A DNA stretch of 64,000 nucleotides. Source: Alphaproteobacteria bacterium (GTDB lineage Bacteria > Pseudomonadota > Alphaproteobacteria > Methylaequorales > Methylaequoraceae). Positions 46,713 through 57,534 of the stretch are shown here, one piece after another. Under the pieces are notes generated by a model. It was not told the origin of the DNA. It made no database searches and saw only the letters and a list, made by a program, of their open reading frames with translations. The stretch's first letter is position 1, and each line of letters begins with the position of its first letter. The DNA lies in assembly GCA_045563055.1 (NCBI GenBank), contig JBJKUR010000009.1, positions 19,454-83,453 on the forward strand. Direction: 5' to 3'. The position numbers were made by a program, and so were the translations under genes.

Positions 46713-47246
46713 ATGAGACATAATTATTCAGGAAGAAAATTAAATAGAAAAACAAGCCATAGGATTGCTTTGTTAAAAAATTTAAGTAAGTCATTAATTC
46801 TTCACGAACAAATCGAAACAACTTTACCAAAAGCTAAGGATTTGAGACCTTTCGTTGAAAAAATTCTAACTATTGGTAAAAAAAATAATCTTGCCTCAAG
46901 AAGAAGAGTCTACTCATATTTAGGTGATAAAAAAATTGTTGATAAAGTTTTTGATGAGCTAGCCAAACGTTATCAAAAAAGAAGTGGTGGATACATAAGA
47001 ATTCTTAAATCGGGTTTCAGATATGGTGATTCGGCTCCTAAAGCTGTAATCGAACTTGTTGAGAGAAATACTAATGCTAAAGGTGCTGAGGATAAATTGA
47101 GATTAAAAGATAGTGTATCTCAAGAATCAGATAAAAAGGAATCACAGGCTCAAATGGAAAATAAACCTTTAGAAACCAATAAACCATCTGCCTCTGCAAA
47201 AACAGATAAGTCGTCACAAAAGAAGGATTCTGAAACTAAAACGTAA
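46713..47246 (+). CDS. rplQ: 50S ribosomal protein L17 (with a charged C-terminal tail)
   Basis: 177 aa. MRHNYSGRKLNRKTSHR. Confidence 0.9.
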   Translation: MRHNYSGRKLNRKTSHRIALLKNLSKSLILHEQIETTLPKAKDLRPFVEKILTIGKKNNLASRRRVYSYLGDKKIVDKVFDELAKRYQKRSGGYIRILKSGFRYGDSAPKAVIELVERNTNAKGAEDKLRLKDSVSQESDKKESQAQMENKPLETNKPSASAKTDKSSQKKDSETKT

Positions 47247-47274
47247 TAATCTAGATTGATCGTCAATTATCCTA

Positions 47275-48231
47275 ATGTGTATCGAAGAAAATAAAAACGA
47301 GTGGATAGTCAAAGATGATTTCAACAAGGAAAGAATCGATTATTGGCTTAAAAAAAATATTCCAAATATTTCTTATCCAATATTGTGTAAATTTATTAGA
47401 AAAGGAATTGTCAGGATAAATGGAAAAAGAACAAAAAATTCTCACATATTAAATACTGGAGATATAGTAAAGTTTTCTAGACAAATTAATATTGATAGTC
47501 CAAAAATTATAAAGGGAAACTACGATAAAAAATTTTCAGGATTTATTCAAAGCCTTATTTTATATAAAAACGAAGAAATAATAGCACTTAACAAACCATC
47601 CGGTCTTGCTGTTCAAGGAGGAAGTAAGGTTAAGTTAAACTTAGACCTAATGCTGGATTCATTAAAATTTAAACTAAAAGAGAGGCCAAGGCTAGTTCAT
47701 AGGTTGGATAAACAAACTTCGGGATTAATGATAATAGCAAGGACACTTAAAGCATCAAAATTTTATGCCGATCTATTTAAAAAAAGATTAATAGAGAAAA
47801 AATATTTGGCAATTGTTTCAGGAAAAATAAAAGAAAAAAATGGTAATATTACATCTCAAATATATATAAATGATAAAGCCTTTAATGCTTCAACTTTTTT
47901 TAAAGTTTTAGACATCAAACAAAACTTCACTTTTTTAATTTTAAAACCGATTACAGGTAGGAAACATCAGATAAGAAATCATTTAAATAGTATCGGCAAC
48001 CCTATATACGGCGAGACTAAATTTAAAAATTTTAATAATTTTAAATTAAATAATAATTTTCACTTACATTCTTATTCTTTAAATTTTAAAGATTCATTAA
48101 ATCAAAGTAAAAAAATTCTCTCTCCAATTCCCGATTATTTTTTAAATACTTTAAAGAAATATAATTTTGATAGCACTCTTAAAGATTACAATCTTGAGTT
48201 AAATGAAATGAATAATTCTGTAAGAAATTAA
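47275..48231 (+). CDS. RluA-family pseudouridine synthase (RluC/RluD-like) with N-terminal S4 domain
   Basis: 318 aa. Catalytic motif HRLDKQTSGLMIIART. Confidence 0.75.
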   Translation: MCIEENKNEWIVKDDFNKERIDYWLKKNIPNISYPILCKFIRKGIVRINGKRTKNSHILNTGDIVKFSRQINIDSPKIIKGNYDKKFSGFIQSLILYKNEEIIALNKPSGLAVQGGSKVKLNLDLMLDSLKFKLKERPRLVHRLDKQTSGLMIIARTLKASKFYADLFKKRLIEKKYLAIVSGKIKEKNGNITSQIYINDKAFNASTFFKVLDIKQNFTFLILKPITGRKHQIRNHLNSIGNPIYGETKFKNFNNFKLNNNFHLHSYSLNFKDSLNQSKKILSPIPDYFLNTLKKYNFDSTLKDYNLELNEMNNSVRN

Positions 48232-48234
48232 CAA

Positions 48235-48897
48235 ATGATTGAAGTAAAGGAAATTAAAGATAAATTTTATTTTTACAGAAAAGATAAAATAATTACTACA
48301 CCTAATAACAGTATGTTAGTAGTTAAAAATAAAAATCATGCTAAAAGTATTTTAGATGCTTTAAAAAAACCAAAAAACAATAATAACTCAAGTTCAATTT
48401 TAAACCTTACTTTTTTTTCTTGTAACCTTGATGAAAAGGAAAAAATTTTGATAATAAACAAAATTTTAGAAATTTTGAGATGTGACTCCATTCTTTATAG
48501 ATGTTTTAACGATAAGAAATTATTAGATTTGATGAATAAAAACCTAAATTTTCATATTAACAAATTCAGTAAAAAATTTAATACCAAAATCAAGTTTTTA
48601 GATACAATCTTATCAACATTTAATGAAGAAAATCATAATTTTAGGGAATTTTTAAAAAAAATTGATAAATTTCGTTTAACAGTCTTATATAAATCAGGTA
48701 TGCATACAAAATCATCCATTCTTAGTTATTTTTTTATGAATGGTGAGATTGATTATAAAGCTTTGTATAAATTATCTAACCTAGAGTATATTTATCAACA
48801 AAGAGTATGGGGAAAAATAGACGAACATAAAATAATTGAGAAAGATAGTAAGATTGTATTAAAAAATCTTTCTTTTTTTTTAAACAATTTAGATTAA
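48235..48897 (+). CDS. Hypothetical protein, possibly an ATP12-family F1-ATPase assembly chaperone
   Basis: 220 aa. Weak N-terminal resemblance (KDKFYFYRKDKIITTPNNSMLVVKN) to ATP12 proteins, which often neighbour RluA genes in alphaproteobacteria. Not secure. Confidence 0.3.
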   Translation: MIEVKEIKDKFYFYRKDKIITTPNNSMLVVKNKNHAKSILDALKKPKNNNNSSSILNLTFFSCNLDEKEKILIINKILEILRCDSILYRCFNDKKLLDLMNKNLNFHINKFSKKFNTKIKFLDTILSTFNEENHNFREFLKKIDKFRLTVLYKSGMHTKSSILSYFFMNGEIDYKALYKLSNLEYIYQQRVWGKIDEHKIIEKDSKIVLKNLSFFLNNLD

Positions 48898-48932
48898 TTA
48901 GTTTATAACTAAAATATAAAAAACTAAATATT

Positions 48933-50465
48933 ATGCGTGAGATTTTAAAGAAACTTGATTTTAAAAGAAACCAAGCAGTGCTTGGTGGTGGAAAAAACAG
49001 ACAGGAAAGTCAACATAAGAAAGGAAAGTTAACTTCAAGGGAGAGGATAGAAATACTTCTTGATGAAGGTACTTTTGAAGAATGGGATATGTTTGTTGAG
49101 CATAGGTGCTCAGAGTTTGATATGGATAAGCAAAAAATACCTGGAGATGGGGTTGTAACTGGATATGGAACAATAAATGGAAGGTTAACTTTTGTTTTTA
49201 GTCAAGATTTTACAGTTTTCGGAGGATCACTATCAGAATCTCATGCAGAAAAAATTTCAAAAATAATGGATAAAGCTTTACAAGTTGGTGCTCCAGTGAT
49301 TGGTTTGAATGATTCTGGTGGAGCAAGAATACAAGAGGGTGTTGCATCACTAGCTGGTTATGCAGAAGTTTTTCAGAGGAATGTTTTATCATCCGGAGTT
49401 ATCCCACAGATTTCAGTTATTATGGGCCCTTGTGCTGGTGGAGCTGTTTATAGCCCAGCAATGACTGATTTTATTTTCATGGTGAAAGATACATCTTATA
49501 TGTTTGTAACAGGTCCTGACGTTTTAAAAACTGTAACTCATGAAGAAGTTAGTCATGAGGAGTTAGGTGGCGCTTCTACTCACACAAAAAAATCTGGTGT
49601 AGCAGACTTAGCATTTGAAAATGATGTGGAGGCCCTATTTCAACTAAGAAGATTTATGGGTTTTCTTCCTTCTTCAAATAAAGAGATGCCGCCAATGAGA
49701 AAATGTGAAGATCCTAGTGATAGACTTGAGTTATCATTGGATACATTGATTCCCGAAAATCCAAATAAACCTTATGATATGAAAGAGTTAATAACAAAAG
49801 TTGTTGATGATCGAGATTTTTTTGAAACGCAACCTGATTATGCAGCAAATATAATTACAGGTTTTGCAAGAATGTCTGGATCTCCAGTCGGAATTGTTGC
49901 CAATCAACCAATTGTATTGGCAGGATGTCTTGATAATAATTCTTCAAGAAAAGCAGCGCGATTCGTTAGATTTTGTGATTGTTTTAATATACCGATTGTA
50001 ACATTTGTAGATGTACCAGGTTTCCTTCCTGGCACATCGCAAGAATATAATGGAATAATAAAGCATGGTGCAAAACTTCTATTTGCATTTGCAGAAGCCA
50101 CAGTTCCTAAGATTACAATCATTACTCGCAAGGCTTATGGTGGAGCATACGATGTAATGAGTTCTAAGCACTTAAGAGGTGATGTTAATTACGCATGGCC
50201 ACAAGCTGAAATTGCAGTAATGGGTCCCAAAGGTGCTGTTGAAATAATTTTTAGAGGAGAAATAGGCGATAAAGAAAAAATTGAAAAGAAAACGAATGAA
50301 TATAGAGAAAGACTTGTAAACCCATTTATAGCAGGAAGTAGAGGATTTATAGATGATGTGATCATGCCAAATACAACTAGAAAGAGAATTTGTAGATCAT
50401 TGGAGATGCTGAAAAATAAAAAACTCAATAACCCTTGGAAAAAACACGATAACATCCCACTTTAG
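48933..50465 (+). CDS. pccB: Propionyl-CoA carboxylase beta subunit (carboxyltransferase)
   Basis: 510 aa. Carboxyltransferase N and C domains ([34 protein letters not shown]). Confidence 0.85.
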   Translation: MREILKKLDFKRNQAVLGGGKNRQESQHKKGKLTSRERIEILLDEGTFEEWDMFVEHRCSEFDMDKQKIPGDGVVTGYGTINGRLTFVFSQDFTVFGGSLSESHAEKISKIMDKALQVGAPVIGLNDSGGARIQEGVASLAGYAEVFQRNVLSSGVIPQISVIMGPCAGGAVYSPAMTDFIFMVKDTSYMFVTGPDVLKTVTHEEVSHEELGGASTHTKKSGVADLAFENDVEALFQLRRFMGFLPSSNKEMPPMRKCEDPSDRLELSLDTLIPENPNKPYDMKELITKVVDDRDFFETQPDYAANIITGFARMSGSPVGIVANQPIVLAGCLDNNSSRKAARFVRFCDCFNIPIVTFVDVPGFLPGTSQEYNGIIKHGAKLLFAFAEATVPKITIITRKAYGGAYDVMSSKHLRGDVNYAWPQAEIAVMGPKGAVEIIFRGEIGDKEKIEKKTNEYRERLVNPFIAGSRGFIDDVIMPNTTRKRICRSLEMLKNKKLNNPWKKHDNIPL

Positions 50466-50467
50466 AT

Positions 50468-52456
50468 ATGTTTAAAAAGATTTTAGTTGCGAATAGAGGA
50501 GAGATAGCCTGCAGGATAATTAAAACTGCAAGGAAGATGGGTATAAAGACTGTGTCAATATGTTCTGACCCAGATTTGAATTCTCCCCATGTGAACCAAG
50601 CAGACGAATATGTAAATATTGGAGGTAATACTTCAACAGAAAGTTATTTAGTAATTGATAAAATTATTTCTGCTATTAAAAAAACAAACGCAGACGCTGT
50701 TCATCCAGGATATGGTTTCCTCTCAGAAAATGTAAACTTCCGTGACGAAGTTCAAAAAGCTGGAAAGATATTTATTGGTCCACCAAGCGAAGCAATTTCA
50801 TCGATGGGTGATAAGATAGAATCAAAAAAAATTGCTAAAGCTGCAGGAGTATCTGTAGTTCCAGGTGGTTTAGATATTGTTCCAAACCTTAAAGAGGCTT
50901 TGAATCAAGCAAAGATAATTGGTTACCCATTAATGGTTAAAGCTTCTGCTGGTGGAGGAGGAAAGGGAATGAGAATTGCCCGTAACGAAAATGAATTAAA
51001 AGATAACTTTAACTCAGCAATTAATGAGGCTAAATCTAGCTTTGGAGACGATAGAGTTTTCATTGAAAAGTTTATAGAGTTTCCCAGGCATATTGAAGTA
51101 CAGATTCTTGGCGATCAATTTGGAAACTTTGTTCACTTAGGAGAAAGAGAATGTACCATTCAAAGAAGACATCAAAAAGTAATAGAGGAGGCTCCAAGTA
51201 TTTTCGTTGATAAAAAACTTCGAGAAAATATGGTGACTCAATCTATTCAGTTATCTAAGGCTGTTGGTTATTACTCAGCTGGAACTATCGAGTTTGTCGT
51301 GGATAAAGACAAAAATTTTTACTTTCTTGAAATGAACACAAGATTACAAGTTGAACATCCAGTAACAGAATTAATAACAGGGATTGATTTAGTCGAACAG
51401 ATGATAAAGGTGGCATCGGGAGAAAAATTATCTCTTTTACAAGATCAAATAAATTTCACTGGTTCTGCAATTGAGTGTAGAATTTATGCTGAAGATTCTT
51501 CAAAAAACTTTTTACCATCAATTGGAAGACTTACTAGATACATTGAGCCCGAAGGAAAAAATACCAGAGTTGACTCTGGAGTCGTTGAGGGATCCGAAAT
51601 AAGTATGTTCTATGATCCTATGATTTCAAAGTTATGTACTTATTCAAAAAATAGAAAAGAAACTATTTTAGAAATGATTAATGCATTAGATAAATATTTT
51701 ATTGAGGGTGTTAAAACAAATAAAGATTTTCTTTCGAATATTTTACAAAAGCTTCAATTTTCAAAAGGAGATTTCTCAACATCATTTATTTCCGATAACT
51801 ATCCAAGTGGATACGATCCATTTCAAACTGAAACAAGCGAGAAAACAAAATTATATGCAGTCGCGGCTTTTGTTAATTATAAATATTTACTCAGAGCAGC
51901 CTCAATTTCCAATCAACTTAAAGGGTTTAATAAAACTGTTGATAATAATTGGTGTGTAATTGATGGTGAACAAATGCATGAGGTTTCTATTTCATTTAAC
52001 AATTTTAATAAAAGTTATGATATTTATTTAAATAAAAAGTATATAAGTTTAAAAAGTAATTGGAAAATCGGATACCCACTTTTTTCAGCAATTATAGATA
52101 ACAAACTACTTTACTATAGTATTAAAAGAAATGGTCCAAAATTCATTATAAATCATAAAGGTGCATTACATGACATAATTGTTTTATCAAAAAGACATTC
52201 AGATCTTAATAAAATGATGATTCCCAGGAAAAAAGAGGATAAATCAAAGTTCCTCATGGCTCCAATGCCTGGATTATTAGTGTCAATTCTTGTAAAAGAA
52301 AATCAGATTATTGAAGAAAATCAACCTCTCGCAGTAATCGAAGCTATGAAAATGGAGAATATTATAAAGTCGGAAAAAAAGACCAAAATTAAAAAGATTA
52401 ATTGTAGCGAGGGAGATAGTTTAGAGGTAGATCAAATAATCCTTGAATTTGAATAG
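50468..52456 (+). CDS. pccA: Propionyl-CoA carboxylase alpha subunit (biotin carboxylase plus BCCP)
   Basis: 662 aa. ATP-grasp biotin carboxylase and the C-terminal biotinyl motif EAMKMEN. Confidence 0.85.
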   Translation: MFKKILVANRGEIACRIIKTARKMGIKTVSICSDPDLNSPHVNQADEYVNIGGNTSTESYLVIDKIISAIKKTNADAVHPGYGFLSENVNFRDEVQKAGKIFIGPPSEAISSMGDKIESKKIAKAAGVSVVPGGLDIVPNLKEALNQAKIIGYPLMVKASAGGGGKGMRIARNENELKDNFNSAINEAKSSFGDDRVFIEKFIEFPRHIEVQILGDQFGNFVHLGERECTIQRRHQKVIEEAPSIFVDKKLRENMVTQSIQLSKAVGYYSAGTIEFVVDKDKNFYFLEMNTRLQVEHPVTELITGIDLVEQMIKVASGEKLSLLQDQINFTGSAIECRIYAEDSSKNFLPSIGRLTRYIEPEGKNTRVDSGVVEGSEISMFYDPMISKLCTYSKNRKETILEMINALDKYFIEGVKTNKDFLSNILQKLQFSKGDFSTSFISDNYPSGYDPFQTETSEKTKLYAVAAFVNYKYLLRAASISNQLKGFNKTVDNNWCVIDGEQMHEVSISFNNFNKSYDIYLNKKYISLKSNWKIGYPLFSAIIDNKLLYYSIKRNGPKFIINHKGALHDIIVLSKRHSDLNKMMIPRKKEDKSKFLMAPMPGLLVSILVKENQIIEENQPLAVIEAMKMENIIKSEKKTKIKKINCSEGDSLEVDQIILEFE

Positions 52457-52463
52457 AATAAGA

Positions 52464-52551
52464 GCGGTCGTGGCGGAACTGGTAGACGCGCAACGTTGAG
52501 GTCGTTGTAGGCCTAAAGCCTGTGGAAGTTCGAGTCTTCTCGACCGCACCA
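52464..52551 (+). tRNA. tRNA-Leu (anticodon GAG), class II with long variable arm
   Basis: Acceptor GCGGTCG/CGACCGC, anticodon stem-loop CAACG-TTGAGGT-CGTTG, encoded CCA. Confidence 0.85.
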
Positions 52552-52564
52552 AAAATTTAATCCT

Positions 52565-53818
52565 ATGAAATATATTTATAAGCATGGAAATCAATATTGG
52601 TACCAACGTGCTATTCCTCAAGAAATTTCCGATGTAATCGGGAAAAAATCAATAAAAATTTGTCTTAAGACAAATAAAATACCAATAGCAATAAAAAGAG
52701 CAAAGTTACAGGCACTTGAACATAAGAAAATGTTTAAAGACATTATAGATTCAAAGAAAAAAACTCTCTCAAAAATTTTTAAATTTAAAAAGATAAATAT
52801 TAGTAAATATGACTTGGAGTTTTCAGATGATAATGAAGAGATATTGAACAAGCTATTATTTAATAAAAGTGAACTTTTGAAACATCTTAATAAGATATCT
52901 CCTCAACAAGACAAAAGTTTTATAGATAAGATTGCAGTAGATATTAGTGATTTACCCTTAACCCTGAGTGAATCCTTAAATGAATATTTAAAAATTAAGA
53001 AAATTATGAGTAAAAAAAGGATAACGTCGATTAGGCAATCAATTAAGATAATGATAAAGCTTTGTAAAGATAAGCAAATAATAAATTATAACAAGTTAGA
53101 TGCAAAAATATTTAGAGACTATTTCATAAATTTAAATAAAATATCAACTGGAAAGAGAAATCAATCCAATATTCAAAATTTATTTTCTGAGATTTTTAAT
53201 AAATATCAAATTGAAAAAGGCAATCCATTTTCTAATTTAGATTGGCCTAGATATTATTCTAATAAGAAAATAAAAAGCTTTTCAAAAAGCGAATTAATGC
53301 AAATTAAAAAATTCTGTCTAGAAAAAAATGAACTTTCCAACTTAATTTGCGGTTTAATATTTGATACTGGGTGTTCGTTTAATGAGATTATTGGACTAGA
53401 AAATGAAGATTTGATCTTAACCAAATATAACCCACATATTGTCATAAGAACAAATTCAATTAGAAAAATAAATAACATATACAAGAAACGGACGATACCT
53501 TTGGTTGGACTCTCACTTGAATGTTTTAAAAAACTAGAGAGATCCAAAGATAGGAAAGAGTTACTTGGAAGTTATTTTAATAAGGATTTACAAAATCCTA
53601 AATCCTTTGAAAATTATTTAAATAACATATTAAAAACAAAAACTAATGGCAAAACATTCATTTCATTTGGTATGTCAATTATTGAAAGGTTAAAAGAGGC
53701 AGGTTGTCCTGAAAATATTATTTCGGAAATTATTGGACAGTCTAAAAAACCATCGTTCTATGAAAGTGAGTTAAATCTAGATATAAAAACTAGTTGGATG
53801 AAACAAATTATCATATAA
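52565..53818 (+). mobile_element. Phage-integrase-like (tyrosine recombinase family) gene 13 nt downstream of tRNA-Leu. Catalytic residues possibly degenerate.
   Basis: 417 aa. The N-terminal arm-type domain follows the xYWYQRAIPxxI…GKKSIKICLKT pattern common to tRNA-associated integrases. C-terminal blocks resemble box I/II (GLIFDTGCSFNEIIGL; SIIERLKEAGCPENIISEIIGQ…SFYE), but the canonical Arg/His/Arg positions look substituted. Confidence 0.55.
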
Positions 53819-53869
53819 AGGATAAAATAATAATGAAATAAATATTATGATTTTAAAGAATCAGAAAAG

Positions 53870-54085
53870 TTGCAATATTTCAAATTAAATACCATTGTTA
53901 TTATTAAATTTAACTTTTGGCTCCCTTTTGGTGTTTTCATACTAATTGTTTTAACAAGATTATGTTTTGATCCAGCCTATGCTTCCAGAAACTTTGCTAA
54001 AACGTTAACTGATATTTTGGGATACTTTATCTTTTTGACATTAGCATCAACTTACTTGATCTTAAAACTTAGTCTATCTCAGTAA
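53870..54085 (+). CDS. Hypothetical small membrane protein (2 TM)
   Basis: 71 aa hydrophobic ORF. No homology recognised, so it may be spurious. Confidence 0.2.
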   Translation: MQYFKLNTIVIIKFNFWLPFGVFILIVLTRLCFDPAYASRNFAKTLTDILGYFIFLTLASTYLILKLSLSQ

Positions 54086-54524
54086 CTGTAATCTTGACTC
54101 TAGAACCGAAGAGTGTTTTATCAAATATTTGGATTGATGCAAACCTTTGATCATTTTGGTAATTTAAAAGGCTACTCTCTGAGCTAATTTCTGAGATTTT
54201 TTTCCACCCAAACTTCGGAAGTTCATTTCTAAAAAAATCAAAAACATCAATCTGATTTTCACTTGTATCAAAAACTAGTCGTCCAGACCATCCAATTTTC
54301 CTAGATATTATTATTGAATCTTCTCTGATTAATGATGATTTAATTGGAATGGGTATATCATCAAACTGTGAAAAATTGAGTTCAAGACTTGGGTCTCCTT
54401 CTGGTCCCTTAACTGGAACAAGATCATCGCCAGCACAGGATATTAAGAAGTAAAAAGGAACAATTAAGACTAATAAATTTTTAAAAGACATATTATATTT
54501 TATAAATATTACTTTATTTTTCAA
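54069..54524 (-). CDS. Hypothetical lipoprotein
   Basis: Signal peptide with a lipobox-like LISC, probably starting at the internal Met MSFKNLLVLIVPFYFLISCAG. No family recognised. Confidence 0.4.
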   Translation of the reverse strand: MKNKVIFIKYNMSFKNLLVLIVPFYFLISCAGDDLVPVKGPEGDPSLELNFSQFDDIPIPIKSSLIREDSIIISRKIGWSGRLVFDTSENQIDVFDFFRNELPKFGWKKISEISSESSLLNYQNDQRFASIQIFDKTLFGSRVKITVTEID

Positions 54525-54546
54525 TATTTATTATTAAATTATTAAT

Positions 54547-55080
54547 ATGAGATTTATTATAACAATACTATTACTTATGTTTTCAAACTCTTATGCAAGC
54601 GACAAAAATTTTCATGACTTCAGCATTGAATCAATATCTGGAGAAACCATTAAATTTTCTGACTTTAAGTCTAATGTAGTTCTTTTAGTTAATACAGCTT
54701 CTAAATGTGGGTTTACTCCTCAGTATTCAGGCCTTCAGAAAATCTATGACCGTTATAAAGATGATGGATTGGTTGTTCTTGGTATTCCAACTAATGACTT
54801 TAATCAAGAACTCTCTAAAAATAAAGATGTAAAAGATTTCTGTGAAATTCGTTATGGAGTAAAATTTCCAATTTCCTCAATACAAAATATAAAAGGAGAA
54901 AGCGCTCATCCTGTTTATAAGTGGATTAGAGAAAATGTTTCTGTAATTGGTCAGCCAAGATGGAATTTTCATAAATATTTAATTGGAAAAGATGGCGATA
55001 TAATAAATTGGTTTTCTTCGATGACTAGTCCTACTTCGGAAGGATTGGTTAATCAAATTGAGACTGCTTTATATGATTAA
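54547..55080 (+). CDS. Glutathione peroxidase family protein (periplasmic, BtuE-like)
   Basis: 177 aa. Signal peptide, then the GPx motif VLLVNTASKCGFTPQY and LGIPTNDFNQE. Confidence 0.8.
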   Translation: MRFIITILLLMFSNSYASDKNFHDFSIESISGETIKFSDFKSNVVLLVNTASKCGFTPQYSGLQKIYDRYKDDGLVVLGIPTNDFNQELSKNKDVKDFCEIRYGVKFPISSIQNIKGESAHPVYKWIRENVSVIGQPRWNFHKYLIGKDGDIINWFSSMTSPTSEGLVNQIETALYD

Positions 55081-55635
55081 ATGCTTCTAGATGCTTCAGA
55101 TGTCAGTTTGCTTTTGATAGATGTTCAGGAAAAGCTTTTTAACAAAATTCACAATAATCAATCTATCCTTAAAAACATTCTTGTAATATTGGAATCATCT
55201 TCAAAGTTAGGGTTGCCAATTATTTACACAGAACAATATCCAAAAGGGCTTGGACATACAATATTTCAGTTGCAAAATAGTTTAGAGAGATCTCAAATGT
55301 ATACAAAAAAATTTGAAAAAACATCATTTTCTTGTTTTCCTTCTAAAGAAAATAAAAACAAAAATAAATATATTAAAACTCAACAAGTGTTAGTTGCTGG
55401 TATAGAAACTCATATTTGTGTTTTACAAACTGCAATTGATTTGCAATCCTCAGGTTTCAAGGTTTTTATACTTGAAGATTGTGTTGGTTCTAGAGAAGAA
55501 AAGTCTAAGTGTCTTGCTTTAAAAAGGGCAAGATCTGCTGGCATCTCGATTGTAAATACAGAAATGGCTTTATTTGAACTCTTAAGAGATTCAAAACACA
55601 AATATTTTAAGAACTTATCAAGTTTAATAAAATAA
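55081..55635 (+). CDS. Isochorismatase-family cysteine hydrolase
   Basis: 184 aa. LLIDVQEKLF, and the conserved Cys in VAGIETHICVLQTAIDL. Confidence 0.7.
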   Translation: MLLDASDVSLLLIDVQEKLFNKIHNNQSILKNILVILESSSKLGLPIIYTEQYPKGLGHTIFQLQNSLERSQMYTKKFEKTSFSCFPSKENKNKNKYIKTQQVLVAGIETHICVLQTAIDLQSSGFKVFILEDCVGSREEKSKCLALKRARSAGISIVNTEMALFELLRDSKHKYFKNLSSLIK

Positions 55636-55652
55636 TATTTTATTAGTTAAAC

Positions 55653-57062
55653 CTAAACTGAATAATACATTTTAAACTCTACTGGGTGAGGAGTGTGCTC
55701 GAGTTGAAGAACTTCGTCCATCTTCAAAGCTATATATGAATCTATCAGGTTGTCGGTAAAAACATTGCCAGCTTTTAGGAAATCTCTATCTTTGTCCAAA
55801 GCGTCGAGTGCTTCCCTTAGACTCCCACAAACTGTTGGAACTCCTTTAAGCTCATCCTCTGATAGAGCATATAAATCTTTATCCATGGCTTCACCAGGGT
55901 GGATTTTGTTTTTTATTCCATCTATTCCAGCCATGAGCATTGATGCAAATGTAAAATAAGGATTGCCTGAGGCATCACCAAATCTAACTTCGAACCTTGC
56001 TGCTTTAGGACTGCTGACATAAGGGACTCTGCATGCAGCCGACCTATTTCTAAATGAATAAGCTAATAGTACAGGTGCTTCAAAACCAGGAATAAGTCTT
56101 TTATAACTATTAGTTGTTGCATTAGAAAATGCATTTATTGCTTTTGCGTGTTTGATAATACCACCAATGTAGTATAAGCATTCATCTGATAAACCATTGT
56201 ATCCACTTCCTGCAAATACTGATTTATTTCCCTTCCATACTGATTGGTGTACATGCATACCAGAACCATTGTCATTATAGAGTGGCTTTGGCATGAAAGT
56301 GGCTGTTTTTCCATAAGCTTGTGCAACCATGTGCACGCAATATTTATATTTCTGAAGATCATCAGCGCTCTTGATTAATGGACCAAATTTCATCCCGAGC
56401 TCATGTTGAGAGGGAGCAACTTCATGATGATGTTTTTCCATTTCCAATCCCATCTCTGACATTGTTGAAACCATTTCGGCTCTAATATCTGTAGCAGAAT
56501 CAACAGGAGGTACAGGAAAATAACCACCTTTATCTTTAGGTCTATGTCCCATATTACCACCTTCCATATCAACACCAGTATTATAAGCACCCTCTTCAGA
56601 ATCAATACTGTAAAATGTATACTCTTGATTAGTAGCCCATTTGACATCATCAAAGATGAAGAATTCTGCTTCAGGACCGAAAAAAGCTGTATCACCAATC
56701 CCAGATTCTTTTAAATATTCTTCTGCTTTTTTACCGGTGCTTCTTGGATCTAATTCGTATGGTTTTCCATCATCAGGTTCTATTACATCGCAAAATAAAA
56801 CAAGTTGGGGTTGTGCAGTAAATGGATCCATAACAGCAGTTGATGGATCGGGTTTTAGAATCATATCAGCTTTATCGATACTTTTCCAACCAGCAATAGA
56901 TGAACCATCAAACATTATTCCGTCTTTAAAGGTACTTTCATCTATGGTTTCCACTGTTTGCGCAGTGTGTTGCCATTTCCCTTTAGTATCAGTGAATCTT
57001 AAATCTACGAACTTAACTTCTTTATCTTTAATAAGTTTTAAAACTTTAGCTACGTCACTCAT
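55653..57062 (-). CDS. glnA: Glutamine synthetase type I
   Basis: 469 aa. FDGSSIAGW, the adenylylation-loop region NLYDLPEE absent or altered, and GS catalytic motifs ([16 protein letters not shown]). Confidence 0.9.
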   Translation of the reverse strand: MSDVAKVLKLIKDKEVKFVDLRFTDTKGKWQHTAQTVETIDESTFKDGIMFDGSSIAGWKSIDKADMILKPDPSTAVMDPFTAQPQLVLFCDVIEPDDGKPYELDPRSTGKKAEEYLKESGIGDTAFFGPEAEFFIFDDVKWATNQEYTFYSIDSEEGAYNTGVDMEGGNMGHRPKDKGGYFPVPPVDSATDIRAEMVSTMSEMGLEMEKHHHEVAPSQHELGMKFGPLIKSADDLQKYKYCVHMVAQAYGKTATFMPKPLYNDNGSGMHVHQSVWKGNKSVFAGSGYNGLSDECLYYIGGIIKHAKAINAFSNATTNSYKRLIPGFEAPVLLAYSFRNRSAACRVPYVSSPKAARFEVRFGDASGNPYFTFASMLMAGIDGIKNKIHPGEAMDKDLYALSEDELKGVPTVCGSLREALDALDKDRDFLKAGNVFTDNLIDSYIALKMDEVLQLEHTPHPVEFKMYYSV

Positions 57063-57080
57063 ATTCCCTCCATTTCATGA

Positions 57081-57425
<345 letters not shown>

Positions 57426-57430
57426 CTAGA

Positions 57431-57446
57431 AGCAAAAAACGTGCCA
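57431..57446 (-). promoter_or_regulatory. Sigma-54-like -24/-12 element (TGGCACG-N4-TTGCT) immediately upstream of glnB. Significance uncertain.
   Basis: Minus-strand sequence TGGCACGTTTTTTGCT fits TGGCAC-N5-TTGCW exactly, but its -12 element lies only about 12 nt from the glnB ATG. Confidence 0.25.
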
Positions 57447-57534
57447 AAGCTAATTATTGTTGTAAATGCTGGCTTTATCATTATTGATCCCGATACATTT
57501 GATTAATTTTTAATCACCATTGTCTAATTTCTAT

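Noticed and set aside
53819-55700. Search for a direct repeat of the tRNA-Leu 3' end (attR) downstream of the integrase
   Set aside because: Scanning the intergenic stretches by eye (53819-54068, 54525-54546, 55636-55652) found nothing resembling TTCGAGTCTTCTCGACCGCACCA. A weak GACTC/GAACCG resemblance at about 54090-54110 is not convincing. A computational search is needed.
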